This document shows positions 24,484-32,643 of a stretch of DNA of 43,929 nucleotides, in pieces. Below the pieces are notes generated by a model. It saw nothing but the letters and a program-made list of their open reading frames with translations. It did no database searches and was not told the DNA's origin. The DNA is from a virus (lineage: Duplodnaviria > Heunggongvirae > Uroviricota > Caudoviricetes). Location of the stretch: IMG/VR virus record IMGVR_UViG_2654588006_000005, positions 1 through 43,929 of that record; one strand, written 5' to 3'. The translations under genes and the position numbers were made by a program. Each line of letters begins with the position of its first letter. Position 1 is the first letter of the stretch.

Positions 24484-24810
24484 TCAGGGACGTGACGGCG
24501 TAAAGATAAATTGTCTCTTCACTCCCTGACAGGGACGATTCTTTTCAAATCGCCATTTCGCCATGGCCTTCACCACTTCATCACGAAACAAATTATGAGG
24601 CTCTGAGCGGAGAAAAACGATCCGTGTCACAGTCCCATCAGCACCAATATCGAACTTAACCTCAACCAGCCCCTTGATATAATTTGCTGCAGCATATTCC
24701 GGATATCGTGGATACACCGTCACTAATTGCCGGGGCTCATCAGCTTTTTGCTGCGAGCATCCCACTGCTAGGACAGATAACAGAAAAAGTAGTAAAAGGC
24801 GTCTTTTCAT
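24484..24810 (-). CDS. lipoprotein with TonB C-terminal-like domain (108 aa)
   Basis: Signal peptide and lipobox MKRRLLLLFLLSVLAVGC; YPRYPEYAAANYIKGLVEVKFDIGADGTVTRIVFLRSEPHNLFRDEVVKAMAKWRFE resembles the E. coli TonB C-terminal domain; AGGAA RBS. Confidence 0.6.
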   Translation of the reverse strand: MKRRLLLLFLLSVLAVGCSQQKADEPRQLVTVYPRYPEYAAANYIKGLVEVKFDIGADGTVTRIVFLRSEPHNLFRDEVVKAMAKWRFEKNRPCQGVKRQFIFTPSRP

Positions 24811-25290
24811 TTTTATTCCTACGGGTCTTATTCTGACAATATATCCTGTGTTCCAGACTGCCACATCACCACATCCTGTGCCATTATCTGACTCACATTA
24901 CATACATCGCATCGGGATACAGTAGTAGCACTTTCTGTAATACAGCTTCCGGTTTCTTCCACCATCGCACCGGGATAAATCCGCGAATCATTAACGCGGT
25001 AAAAACCCGGTGTGCATCGTTTTTAATTATTCCCGCACACTCACGCAGAAGGAATTCCCCGTCGGGCTACGGTCATGGTTAATGCGGGAATACGGCGACG
25101 ATACAGCGCAGCTAAAAGGGTAATGGACGGATAGACCGGTTTATTTCATTCTACAGGATTCTGAGTGTCCCCAACTCCCTCCAATCGTCTGAGCTCACCT
25201 GTGTAGTTTTAATTTTCATCAATCCATTTAACTATCGTTTAATTGTTGTCACATAGGATTCTGCCGTTTTTAACAATGCAGGATAATAAG

Positions 25291-25584
25291 ATGAAAAAAA
25301 TGTTGTTTTCTGCCGCTCTGGCAATGCTTATTACAGGATGTGCTCAACAGACGTTTACTGTTGGAAACAAACCGACAGCAGTAACACCAAAGGAAACCAT
25401 CACCCATCATTTCTTCGTTTCGGGAATTGGGCAGAAGAAAACTGTCGATGCAGCAAAAATTTGTGGTGGTGCAGAAAATGTGGTTAAAACAGAAACCCAG
25501 CAAACATTCGTAAATGGATTGCTCGGTTTCATCACTTTTGGCATTTATACTCCGCTGGAAGCGCGGGTGTATTGCTCAAAATAA
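25291..25584 (+). CDS. bor: Bor/Iss-family lipoprotein (97 aa)
   Basis: MKKMLFSAALAMLITGCAQQTFTV...ITHHFFVSGIGQKKTVDAAKICGGAENVVKTETQQTFVNG... near-identical to lambda Bor as recalled; same position between Rz and cos on the opposite strand. Confidence 0.85.
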   Translation: MKKMLFSAALAMLITGCAQQTFTVGNKPTAVTPKETITHHFFVSGIGQKKTVDAAKICGGAENVVKTETQQTFVNGLLGFITFGIYTPLEARVYCSK

Positions 25585-25590
25585 TTGCAT

Positions 25591-25616
25591 GAGTTGCCCA
25601 TCGATATGAGCAACTC
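25591..25616. terminator. hairpin between convergent bor and Rz
   Basis: GAGTTGC / GCAACTC 7-bp stem with a 12-nt loop containing ATCGAT; T-rich only on the minus-strand side. Confidence 0.3.
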
Positions 25617-26077
25617 TATCTGCACTGCTCATTAATATACTTCTGGGTTCCTTCCAGTTGTTTTTGCATAGTGATCAGCCTCTCTCTGAGGGTGAAATAA
25701 TCCCGTTCAGCGGTGTCTGCCAGTCGGGGGGAGGCTGCATTATCCACGCCGGAGGCGGTGGTGGCTTCACGCACTGACTGACAGACTGCTTTGATGTGCA
25801 ACCGACGACGACCAGCGGCAACATCATCACGCAGAGCATCATTTTCAGCTTTCGCATCAGCTAACTCCTTCGTGTATTTTGCATCGAGCGCAGCAACATC
25901 ACGCTGACGCATCTGCATGTCAGTAATTGCCGCGTTCGCCAGCTTCAGTTCTCTGGCATTTTTGTCGCGCAGGGCTTTGTAGGCGATTGCGTTATCACGG
26001 TAATGATTAACAGCCCATGACAGGCAGACGATGATGCAGATAACCAGAGCATAAATAATCGCGGCGACTCTGCTCAC
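25616..26077 (-). CDS. Rz: i-spanin Rz (153 aa, GTG start overlapping R stop)
   Basis: [54 protein letters not shown]... matches lambda Rz; GTGA start/stop overlap with R. Confidence 0.8.
   Translation of the reverse strand: MSRVAAIIYALVICIIVCLSWAVNHYRDNAIAYKALRDKNARELKLANAAITDMQMRQRDVAALDAKYTKELADAKAENDALRDDVAAGRRRLHIKAVCQSVREATTASGVDNAASPRLADTAERDYFTLRERLITMQKQLEGTQKYINEQCR
25675..25857 (-). CDS. Rz1: o-spanin Rz1 lipoprotein (60 aa), embedded in Rz in the +1 frame
   Basis: [60 protein letters not shown] matches lambda Rz1; lipobox VVGC, proline-rich. Confidence 0.85.
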   Translation of the reverse strand: MRKLKMMLCVMMLPLVVVGCTSKQSVSQCVKPPPPPAWIMQPPPDWQTPLNGIISPSERG

Positions 26078-26607
26078 TGATCTATCCCCCAACAGGCTAA
26101 TGCGCTTTCCTGGTCACGACGAATAACCTGTCCATAGCAGTTATTTGAACGTATGCGGCAATCGCGCCCACCATCTTTTATCCACCAGCGAATCGCCTCG
26201 CATGCACCTTTACGATCACCGGCATTCAGCCGCTTATAAAACGTCGACGGGAAACACTTACCGGGGCCAATGTTATAGGGACAAAATGACGCGATACCCG
26301 CTTTCTGTGGTTCGGTCAGTGGCACTTTAATATTGCGCTCCACCCATGCCAGCGCCTTATCCCGTTCAATGGCGTTAACCTGGTCGCATTTTTCCTTCGA
26401 CAGTTTCATACCGGGAACAACGGGTTTTCCATCCACCACCGTGGCACCCCGACAGATGGTCCAGATGCCGGAACCATCGCGGTATGCCGTTGTGTGGTTA
26501 CCTTCTTTTTCATCCAGAAACTGGTCGAGAATATCAGGCGCAGGCGCACCGACGGCAATCAGTGCCAGAACGGCAGCCGACAGGCCGTATCTGATTTTTG
26601 CGTTCAT
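26074..26607 (-). CDS. R: SAR endolysin, T4-lysozyme-like (177 aa)
   Basis: N-terminal signal-arrest-release-like segment [20 protein letters not shown] followed by E...D...T lysozyme core; not the lambda R transglycosylase. Confidence 0.85.
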   Translation of the reverse strand: MNAKIRYGLSAAVLALIAVGAPAPDILDQFLDEKEGNHTTAYRDGSGIWTICRGATVVDGKPVVPGMKLSKEKCDQVNAIERDKALAWVERNIKVPLTEPQKAGIASFCPYNIGPGKCFPSTFYKRLNAGDRKGACEAIRWWIKDGGRDCRIRSNNCYGQVIRRDQESALACWGIDQ

Positions 26608-26712
26608 GGATATTTATCAGGATTTATCGGTTTCTGAACCCTGGATATGTTTATCTGTCCCGGCCTGTTGAATCAGGCAAGGAATAGTTAAATACAATAG
26701 AGAGGATTGTTT

Positions 26713-26985
26713 ATGGACAATAGCACCATTTCTCTACAGGAGTTGCTCGACTGCATTTCCAGGCTTCGGGATGATGTAAATGCCCTTACTGTCGCATTTT
26801 CATATCTGGCATTCTCAATTCCCAAGGAACAAATGCAACCAACACTGGCATCGCTCCAGCTTGAATCAATCAATCCCAAATGGTCCCAGCAACAACAAAA
26901 TTCTTTCAAGTGGCTGGCGGTATTACTGGAGGAAAAATATGCTGGTGAAATTACCATTTCGGCGGAGTCTTCAGTGAACCAGTAA
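26713..26985 (+). CDS. hypothetical protein (90 aa), antisense to the lysis cassette
   Basis: AGAGGA RBS 6 nt upstream of ATG; protein-like composition; sits in the gap between the endolysin and the DUF1327-like ORF; function unknown. Confidence 0.3.
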   Translation: MDNSTISLQELLDCISRLRDDVNALTVAFSYLAFSIPKEQMQPTLASLQLESINPKWSQQQQNSFKWLAVLLEEKYAGEITISAESSVNQ

Positions 26986-27295
26986 TTCTTCCCGGCAGTT
27001 TTCCTTTGTAGGTTATCCACACACTCTGCGCCTCTAAAATTATGGGGCGCTTTTCCGGCGACTGCTCATCCCCTCCACATAACCCGGTAGCAACATCCAG
27101 GAAGACCTGTCTGATGCTCCTTCTGGCTGCTGCCTCATAAAACTCCAGCGCGGCACCTTCAACACGGTCCAGCGAGATGTCCAGGTCAAAAATTTCACCG
27201 TCAAAGCGTTCTTTGTCCTGTAATGCTAAAGTTACCGTAACTTTATTCTCAAAATTGCGGATCCCTTTCACAATCATTTCATAGTTTTGGACCAT
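26951..27295 (-). CDS. lysis-cassette-associated protein, DUF1327/YdfR-like (114 aa)
   Basis: Located between holin and endolysin as ydfR is in the K-12 Qin prophage; family assignment is from memory only. Confidence 0.55.
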   Translation of the reverse strand: MVQNYEMIVKGIRNFENKVTVTLALQDKERFDGEIFDLDISLDRVEGAALEFYEAAARRSIRQVFLDVATGLCGGDEQSPEKRPIILEAQSVWITYKGKLPGRITGSLKTPPKW

Positions 27296-27299
27296 TATA

Positions 27300-27515
27300 T
27301 TACTCTCCTCTCGCAGCCTTTCTTCTGTCTTCTCTGATTTTGAAGTACAGATTCGTCAGATAAGTCAGAAAGCCCAGAACCAGACTTCCCAGTACACCAA
27401 TCGCAGCCCACTGAGACGGACTAACCTGATCAAGCCATTGTAAAAACCAGTAGCCAGCACTGCCTGCGGAGGTGCCGTAGGCAATGCCTGTTGATATTTT
27501 TTCCATCTGATACAT
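27300..27515 (-). CDS. S: class II pinholin, phage-21 S-type, dual start (71-aa antiholin / 68-aa holin)
   Basis: [71 protein letters not shown] with Met1-x-x-Met4 dual-start motif and two TMDs; pairs with a SAR endolysin. Start is derived from the track frame (plus or minus 1 bp). Confidence 0.8.
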   Translation of the reverse strand: MYQMEKISTGIAYGTSAGSAGYWFLQWLDQVSPSQWAAIGVLGSLVLGFLTYLTNLYFKIREDRRKAARGE

Positions 27516-27624
27516 ATCCCGCCCCAACAGACCTGTGCTACCGGAAAGAAAAAAGGCCATCAGCAAAACTCTGATGGCCTGAATCACCTTTACCAGTCAT
27601 GTATGAAAAAATACGCACAACCAA

Positions 27625-27756
27625 TTGACAATAATTATCATTTTCATTAAAAATACCGCGTAACATTCTTATTTCATGAAGAACCATACCCGCCAGCAAC
27701 CTGAGTAGCAAAAGCTGTTCATCCCCCATATTTTTGCTGGCGGGTTCTTTTTTCTA
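27625..27756 (+). ncRNA. candidate small RNA: near-consensus sigma70 promoter plus hairpin/U-tract terminator
   Basis: TTGACA (27625-27630), 17-bp spacer, TAAAAA(T); about 30 nt later CCCGCCAGCAA ... TTGCTGGCGGG inverted repeat followed by TTCTTTTTTCT; antisense to the late-operon leader upstream of S. Confidence 0.25.
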
Positions 27757-27977
27757 CTGCCCTCCTCCCCAGGAAAAGCATTTCATTCTTTTCTCATTAA
27801 TCGTTACTGGAGAGAAGGCGGGAAAAAGCCAGCTCTTTGGCCCTAAATAACAGCATGGCTTCAGTCCATACAGAATCTGATTTTCCAGCTCACATAATAA
27901 CCAGATGATGCAGTTGCAAAATCTGGCAACATCGGATTATTATGCGCCTGTGAAAATTTCTTCACGTTTTATTCCTT

Positions 27978-28013
27978 GCCGCCCGTGCCTCCCAGCGCGG
28001 GCTTTTTTATCCA
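27978..28013 (+). terminator. candidate intrinsic terminator (plus strand)
   Basis: GCCCGUGC / GCGCGGGC stem (one G-U pair) with CUCCCA loop followed by TTTTTTAT; preceded by a possible TTGCAA-17-TTATTA promoter. Confidence 0.4.
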
Positions 28014-28327
28014 AAAAATACCCCTCCGGAGAGGGGTATCATACAAGGGGATGACCATGATGCATGGTGCCGGGTGCCTCCCGGTGAGTCCGGCATCAGC
28101 ATACGAACCCGCGATTATCCCAGAACTGACTGCTGATTCGCCCCGCCGCTTAGGGGGATTCACCATGCGTTTTTTTATTTACAAACTCTTCGCCAGACAA
28201 ACAACCATTAACTGGCTGAATTGTGAGGTATTTCAATTTTTAGAAAACTGACCAACCTCCGCTTATACGCCGGGCATGGAGCGGATACAAAAAAGCCCCG
28301 CAAAAGCAGATCAGAAGGATTCGTTGT

Positions 28328-28366
28328 AAAAAAAAAGCTGTCAGATTATCGCGCTAATCTGACAGC
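28328..28366 (-). terminator. intrinsic terminator downstream of the methyltransferase gene
   Basis: Perfect 12-bp stem GCTGTCAGATTA / TAATCTGACAGC with 6-nt loop, followed on the minus strand by a run of 9 U. Confidence 0.55.
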
Positions 28367-28608
28367 TACAGCAGGTATCCAAAAACATGGGTGGAAACAA
28401 TAAGTGAGTTAAGAAGACACGGTGTCGGATTTTTACCGATGAGCCGTTGGCGTGGTCAACCGTGACTCGCTTGTATCAACGATGAATTAATGAAGCCAAT
28501 CCTTTGCAGGCTATGTACAACCCACCACATCAGCCCTGCTGCATTGCAGGATACACTGTATCTGTAATCATTATACGGCACAGACATCCCACCAATAATT
28601 GAATTAAT

Positions 28609-29670
28609 TCACAAAATTGTATTTGCTGATAACATACTGATTTCCTGGATGGTCTGATTAAACCGCTCTGTCTCAAGCTCAACACCTAACGCCCGACGCC
28701 CCAGCGCCATTGCTGCTTTTATTGTGGAACCGGATCCCATAAAGAAATCAGCAACCAGATCGCCGGGTCGACTACTGGCATTGATTATTTGCCTGAGCAT
28801 ATCCGCCGGTTTCTCACACGGATGTTTACCCGGGTAGAACTGAACGGGTTTATGCATCCAGACATCGGTATAAGGCACGGAGACTGATACGGAGAAATAG
28901 CGCCGGAGAGATTTAAACTCATCCAGCAATTCAGAATATTTGCGATTCAGTGAATCATAAGATGCCACCAACTGGTGGTGTGGTTGTTCCAGTTGTTGTT
29001 CCTGAAACTTCTCTGCCGCTATACGGGAAAACAGTGCCTGTAACTTCCGGTAGTCAGCCTCATTCGGCAACTGCCACTGACTGGCACCAAACCAGTGGGA
29101 AACCATATTTTTCTTACCTGTGGCTTCGGCAATTTGTTTTGCCGTTATACCCAGTTCGGCACGAGCATCCCTGAAATACGATATCAGCGGTGCCATTATG
29201 TGCTGTTTGAGTTCCCTTTCTTTTGCCACATAGCCGTCACTTTTGCCGCGATATGGCCCCCGGTAATGTTCAGCAAACAGAACGCGCTCTGTGGCAGGAA
29301 AATATGCGCGCAGACTTTCTTTATTACACCCATTCCAACGTCCGGACGGCTTCGCCCAGATGATATGGTTAAGCACGTTGAAACGTTCACGCATCATGAT
29401 CTCAATATCAGATGCCAGGCGATGCCCACAGAACAGGTAAAGGCTTCCGGCAGGTTTCAACACCCGCCAGAACTGGGCCAGACAGTGGTCCAGCCACTTA
29501 AGGTAATCTTCGTCCCCTTTCCACTGATTGTCCCAACCGTTGGGTTTCACCTTGAAGTAAGGCGGATCGGTAACAATCAGGTCAATGGAATCATCAGGCA
29601 GGGACTGAATAAAATGCAGGCAATCAGCGTTGATTAAATCAATACTGTTTATTTTTACAGTGTTTTTCAT
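28609..29670 (-). CDS. orphan DNA amino-methyltransferase (N6-adenine or N4-cytosine, beta-class; 353 aa)
   Basis: DPPY motif near the N-terminus (LIVTDPPYF) and FMGSGST (FxGxG SAM-binding) near the C-terminus; no adjacent restriction endonuclease gene. Confidence 0.85.
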   Translation of the reverse strand: MKNTVKINSIDLINADCLHFIQSLPDDSIDLIVTDPPYFKVKPNGWDNQWKGDEDYLKWLDHCLAQFWRVLKPAGSLYLFCGHRLASDIEIMMRERFNVLNHIIWAKPSGRWNGCNKESLRAYFPATERVLFAEHYRGPYRGKSDGYVAKERELKQHIMAPLISYFRDARAELGITAKQIAEATGKKNMVSHWFGASQWQLPNEADYRKLQALFSRIAAEKFQEQQLEQPHHQLVASYDSLNRKYSELLDEFKSLRRYFSVSVSVPYTDVWMHKPVQFYPGKHPCEKPADMLRQIINASSRPGDLVADFFMGSGSTIKAAMALGRRALGVELETERFNQTIQEISMLSANTIL

Positions 29671-29819
29671 GGATCAGTAAGCGTAACTCTGGTAGGCTCA
29701 CTCTGCTTTTGCGCTAAAGCAGTGGGCCATGGTTCGCTTGTGACCAGTAAGCATGAGCGAATGGCTGGCAGGTGCTACCAACACCCACCAGCCGCCCATT
29801 TTCACAAATTAAAAGCCCT

Positions 29820-30014
29820 TCATTGCTGAAGGCGTCTGTAACAGCCGAACTGGTAATCTGCCAGCCCCGCCATAACCAGCTGGGTCAGTATTAACTGACA
29901 GCGTTCGCGTGAAAGGTATGTGTTTTGTGCTATCTCCCCGACTGTTGCCGGTTTGCCGTTTAATTCATTAAAAACAACTTTCGCCGTTTCTGTCATATCT
30001 TGCTGTTTTAGCAT
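29820..30014 (-). CDS. hypothetical small winged-helix-like DNA-binding protein (64 aa)
   Basis: KPATVGEIAQNTYLSRERCQLILTQLVMAGLA helix-turn-helix-like segment; lies between the AT-rich cargo gene and the methyltransferase. Confidence 0.4.
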   Translation of the reverse strand: MLKQQDMTETAKVVFNELNGKPATVGEIAQNTYLSRERCQLILTQLVMAGLADYQFGCYRRLQQ

Positions 30015-30137
30015 GTCTTTTTACCTTCATGGTTAACATGACATACCAATAACTCTTGTCTAAAAAGCCAGCAAGATAAAAAGTCAGTATTCACGACCAC
30101 CAGCGTGTTTACCGTACTGCACCAATGTTTAATTTAT

Positions 30138-30158
30138 AAAAAAACCGCGAGAACGCGG
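30138..30158 (-). terminator. intrinsic terminator downstream of the AT-rich cargo gene
   Basis: CCGCG-AGAA-CGCGG hairpin followed on the minus strand by a U-tract (plus-strand A7), about 38 nt past the ORF stop. Confidence 0.5.
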
Positions 30159-30195
30159 TAAGTATTGTTAAAAAAAAACAGTAATTTCACTCAAC

Positions 30196-30726
30196 TTATT
30201 TAATACATTCTTTTGCTTGCGCATAATAAATTTTATGAGTATTAGCAAGCTTAACGAAGTTATACTTAACTGCCCCTAACAGGGTTCCAACTCTTGTATG
30301 CCCTTCCATTAAATGAAGCCCTGTTGTATTACTTTTCAGCAAAGCTCGATCTATAAAAAATGGAGGTTCACACCATGTGCCAAAATTACACCAATGCGCT
30401 TTTATTTCATCATCCATAAATACATCGCCTTTACGGGTTGTGAAATCTTCAACGACCTCATGCAAAAAATCAGGGTAAGTAGCATTATCCCCGATAGTTA
30501 AAAAATTTTTAGTGGGAAGTTCAATCAATTTCCATTCGATTTGGTCAATATTAAGATCCCCATAAAGCTCCTGAAATCTGTCATAACCTGCCAATCCATA
30601 ATAAATCTCCTGAATTACAGGAGTGGGGGCGGCGATAGAATATTGCTCACGAAGTATTCTTTCAGCCTCAGGAGCTTTAAATATGGGTCTTTCTGAGAAA
30701 ATAGGCAAAAGATCTCGGTATAACAT
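30196..30726 (-). CDS. hypothetical protein (176 aa) encoded by an AT-rich cargo gene immediately downstream of pR'/tR'
   Basis: Markedly lower GC than flanks; GGGGA RBS; bounded by tR'-like and downstream terminators; no signal peptide; C-terminal EGHTR motif only faintly ParB/Srx-like. Confidence 0.6.
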   Translation of the reverse strand: MLYRDLLPIFSERPIFKAPEAERILREQYSIAAPTPVIQEIYYGLAGYDRFQELYGDLNIDQIEWKLIELPTKNFLTIGDNATYPDFLHEVVEDFTTRKGDVFMDDEIKAHWCNFGTWCEPPFFIDRALLKSNTTGLHLMEGHTRVGTLLGAVKYNFVKLANTHKIYYAQAKECIK

Positions 30727-30740
30727 CCATATCCCCGTGT

Positions 30741-30775
30741 AAGAAAAAATAATTTAACCCGCTCGGCGGCGGGTT
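30741..30775 (-). terminator. tR'-like terminator ending a short 6S-like late leader RNA
   Basis: AACCCGC / GCGGGTT stem followed by AAATTATTTTTTCTT on the minus strand, about 50 nt downstream of the predicted pR' start site. Confidence 0.5.
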
Positions 30776-30814
30776 CTTGGACTCATCAACGGTAGACATA
30801 CAAAGCCCATCGTT

Positions 30815-30850
30815 GGGAAAATCTTATCCATATTTTTTGAGAAATGCAAG
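30815..30850 (-). promoter_or_regulatory. late promoter pR' (and presumably the Q-utilisation site)
   Basis: Minus strand TTGCAT-17-TAAGAT followed by ...CCAACGATGGG..., closely paralleling lambda pR' (TTGACT-17-TAAATT...CAACGATGGG) as recalled; about 35 nt downstream of the Q stop. Confidence 0.6.
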
Positions 30851-30880
30851 CATCATGTCGCCATCTTCGGTGAAAATCAC

Positions 30881-31633
30881 TTATCTCGTCACCTTTCTCA
30901 ATTGTGCTTCAGCGAATGCTTCTTCCTGCCAGCACTTTGTTACCAGTTTATCAATGACGTCTGCATATCCTTTGTACCACTGATAATCAGTCAGGTCTGG
31001 TACCAGCTTCTGGACATGACGTCGTGCCAGTGTGGTCGGTAAACGACTAAACCGGTTTCCATTGCAACGCCCACAAATCTTATAAACAGGCGCGCCATGA
31101 AGCCGGGTTCTTTTTTCATCCAGGACAATGCCTTTACCCTTACACCCTCTGCAAGCCGTGCTGACTTCTCCCTTACCATGGCAATGCTGACATAATTCCT
31201 TCACCCACTCTTCCTTGATAACAGATTCCCCGCTTCTGGAGTGTTTCACCACTTCGCGCAATACACTATGAAATCCAGTACCAGCACAATGCTCACAGCG
31301 AGCCTTACTTGCCGCAGACCTGGAATAATCAGCAAAGGCAAAACTCACAAGGTAAGGGATGATCTGTAACCGGGTTTCTTCACTCAATTTGTTCAATGTC
31401 GGGTTATCCATTGCCATCGCGTAATTGAGCAGACCTTCAATCGCAAACTGAGGATCCTGAACACCAACTTTTGCCAGGAATAAGGCAAACCCAAGCGGTG
31501 CTTTCGACTGCACCATCCCCTGCGCAGCCATCACATCCGTAATCGTTAAACCACCTGAGCCTGTCGCCGGTGCGTCATCGCTCAATTTTGGAGATTTTGG
31601 GGAGTAATATTTTGGTAAGGCTTCAAGGTTCAT
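30881..31633 (-). CDS. Q: late gene antiterminator Q (250 aa)
   Basis: N-terminus MNLEALPKYYSPKSPKLSDDAPATGSGGLTITDVMAAQGMVQS parallels lambda Q; Cys-rich zinc-finger-like region CEHCAGTG...CQHCHGKG...CRGCKGKG. Confidence 0.85.
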   Translation of the reverse strand: MNLEALPKYYSPKSPKLSDDAPATGSGGLTITDVMAAQGMVQSKAPLGFALFLAKVGVQDPQFAIEGLLNYAMAMDNPTLNKLSEETRLQIIPYLVSFAFADYSRSAASKARCEHCAGTGFHSVLREVVKHSRSGESVIKEEWVKELCQHCHGKGEVSTACRGCKGKGIVLDEKRTRLHGAPVYKICGRCNGNRFSRLPTTLARRHVQKLVPDLTDYQWYKGYADVIDKLVTKCWQEEAFAEAQLRKVTR

Positions 31634-31646
31634 GCTCGTTCTCCAC

Positions 31647-32642
31647 TTACGCCAGTACGCCTATTGCCAGCGCATGATCGATAAAACGAAATATCAGCTC
31701 CAGCTGGGAGCCATACATCTCTTCAAATGCCACGGTATCCGCATGCAGCTCGTCGTGATGCTTTCTGCACAAAGGCAACACAAAGAGGTCATGCGCTTTT
31801 GTACCCATTCCACCCTGACCATGGCCTATCAGGTGGTGGGGATCATCAGCAGGCTTTCCACAACATGCACACGGCTGTGTCTTAACCCAGCGCGTGTACT
31901 TTTCATTAACCCAGCGGCGACGTTTTGGGCGTAACATAAAAGACTCCGGCGACTCTGGCTCCACTTTCAGCGCCAGCACCTTTTTCGCTTTATCCTGGAT
32001 AATGCTGGTGGCAGGAACCGAAGGAACAAGGTCACTCTCCCGGGTGACAGACGGCACAACCGGCTTCGGTAATCTCAGTGCCTTACGGGCTGCACTTTCC
32101 GGTAAGGCATCCGCCAGGTCATTACGAACCAGCCACCAGCACAGTTCCGGCATTGTCACTACGTGACTGTCATCAAAACCGAGATCCCGACGCACGACAG
32201 ATAACACCCAGTGGGCACAGTTATCCGTTGCCATTGATTCCAGCCGTTCCGTGAACTGATCACGCAACTGGTTATCGCAGTGCCAACACAGACGAATTGC
32301 GCCCGGCGCGTGTCGCATTGTGGTCATGTTCTCGCTGTGCCAGTCGGAATGAGGCCACTGACAGCCCTTTTCACGAAGTAACCAGCTTTCAAGACATTCC
32401 ACGCCACCAGCACGACGGATCACTGCCTCATTGCGGAACACGGCCCGAACGGCAGGATCATCCGCCAGCGGTTGTGATGCCGCCGGAACGGCACCACTGG
32501 CGAAAGATGAATAACGTTCCGGCTCAGGCTCCAGCAGGACACGCCCCTGCATAAACAGGGGCATCAGCTCTGAACCTGGCCTGAACAATACGATCCCCAT
32601 ACGCGGGGCAATTTCAGGGGTCAGTAGTGCTCTCACGGTCAC
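31647..32642 (-). CDS. Nin-region protein with C-terminal HNH-like Cys/His motif (331 aa; DUF968-like, tentative)
   Basis: CACCGKPADDPHHLIGHGQGGMGTKAHDLFVLPLCRKHHDELH motif; position between rusA and Q. Confidence 0.5.
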   Translation of the reverse strand: MTVRALLTPEIAPRMGIVLFRPGSELMPLFMQGRVLLEPEPERYSSFASGAVPAASQPLADDPAVRAVFRNEAVIRRAGGVECLESWLLREKGCQWPHSDWHSENMTTMRHAPGAIRLCWHCDNQLRDQFTERLESMATDNCAHWVLSVVRRDLGFDDSHVVTMPELCWWLVRNDLADALPESAARKALRLPKPVVPSVTRESDLVPSVPATSIIQDKAKKVLALKVEPESPESFMLRPKRRRWVNEKYTRWVKTQPCACCGKPADDPHHLIGHGQGGMGTKAHDLFVLPLCRKHHDELHADTVAFEEMYGSQLELIFRFIDHALAIGVLA

Positions 32643-32643
32643 C

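Noticed and set aside
27538-27729. 63-aa minus-strand ORF overlapping the holin start region
   Set aside because: Out of frame with the holin and overlapping its upstream leader; no RBS or homology; the region is better explained by promoter and terminator elements.
27730-28608. tRNA genes in the Q-to-S region (as found near stx in Stx phages)
   Set aside because: Scanned both strands by eye for T-loop (GGTTCGAATCC-like) and CCA-end signatures and found none; cannot exclude without tRNAscan-SE.
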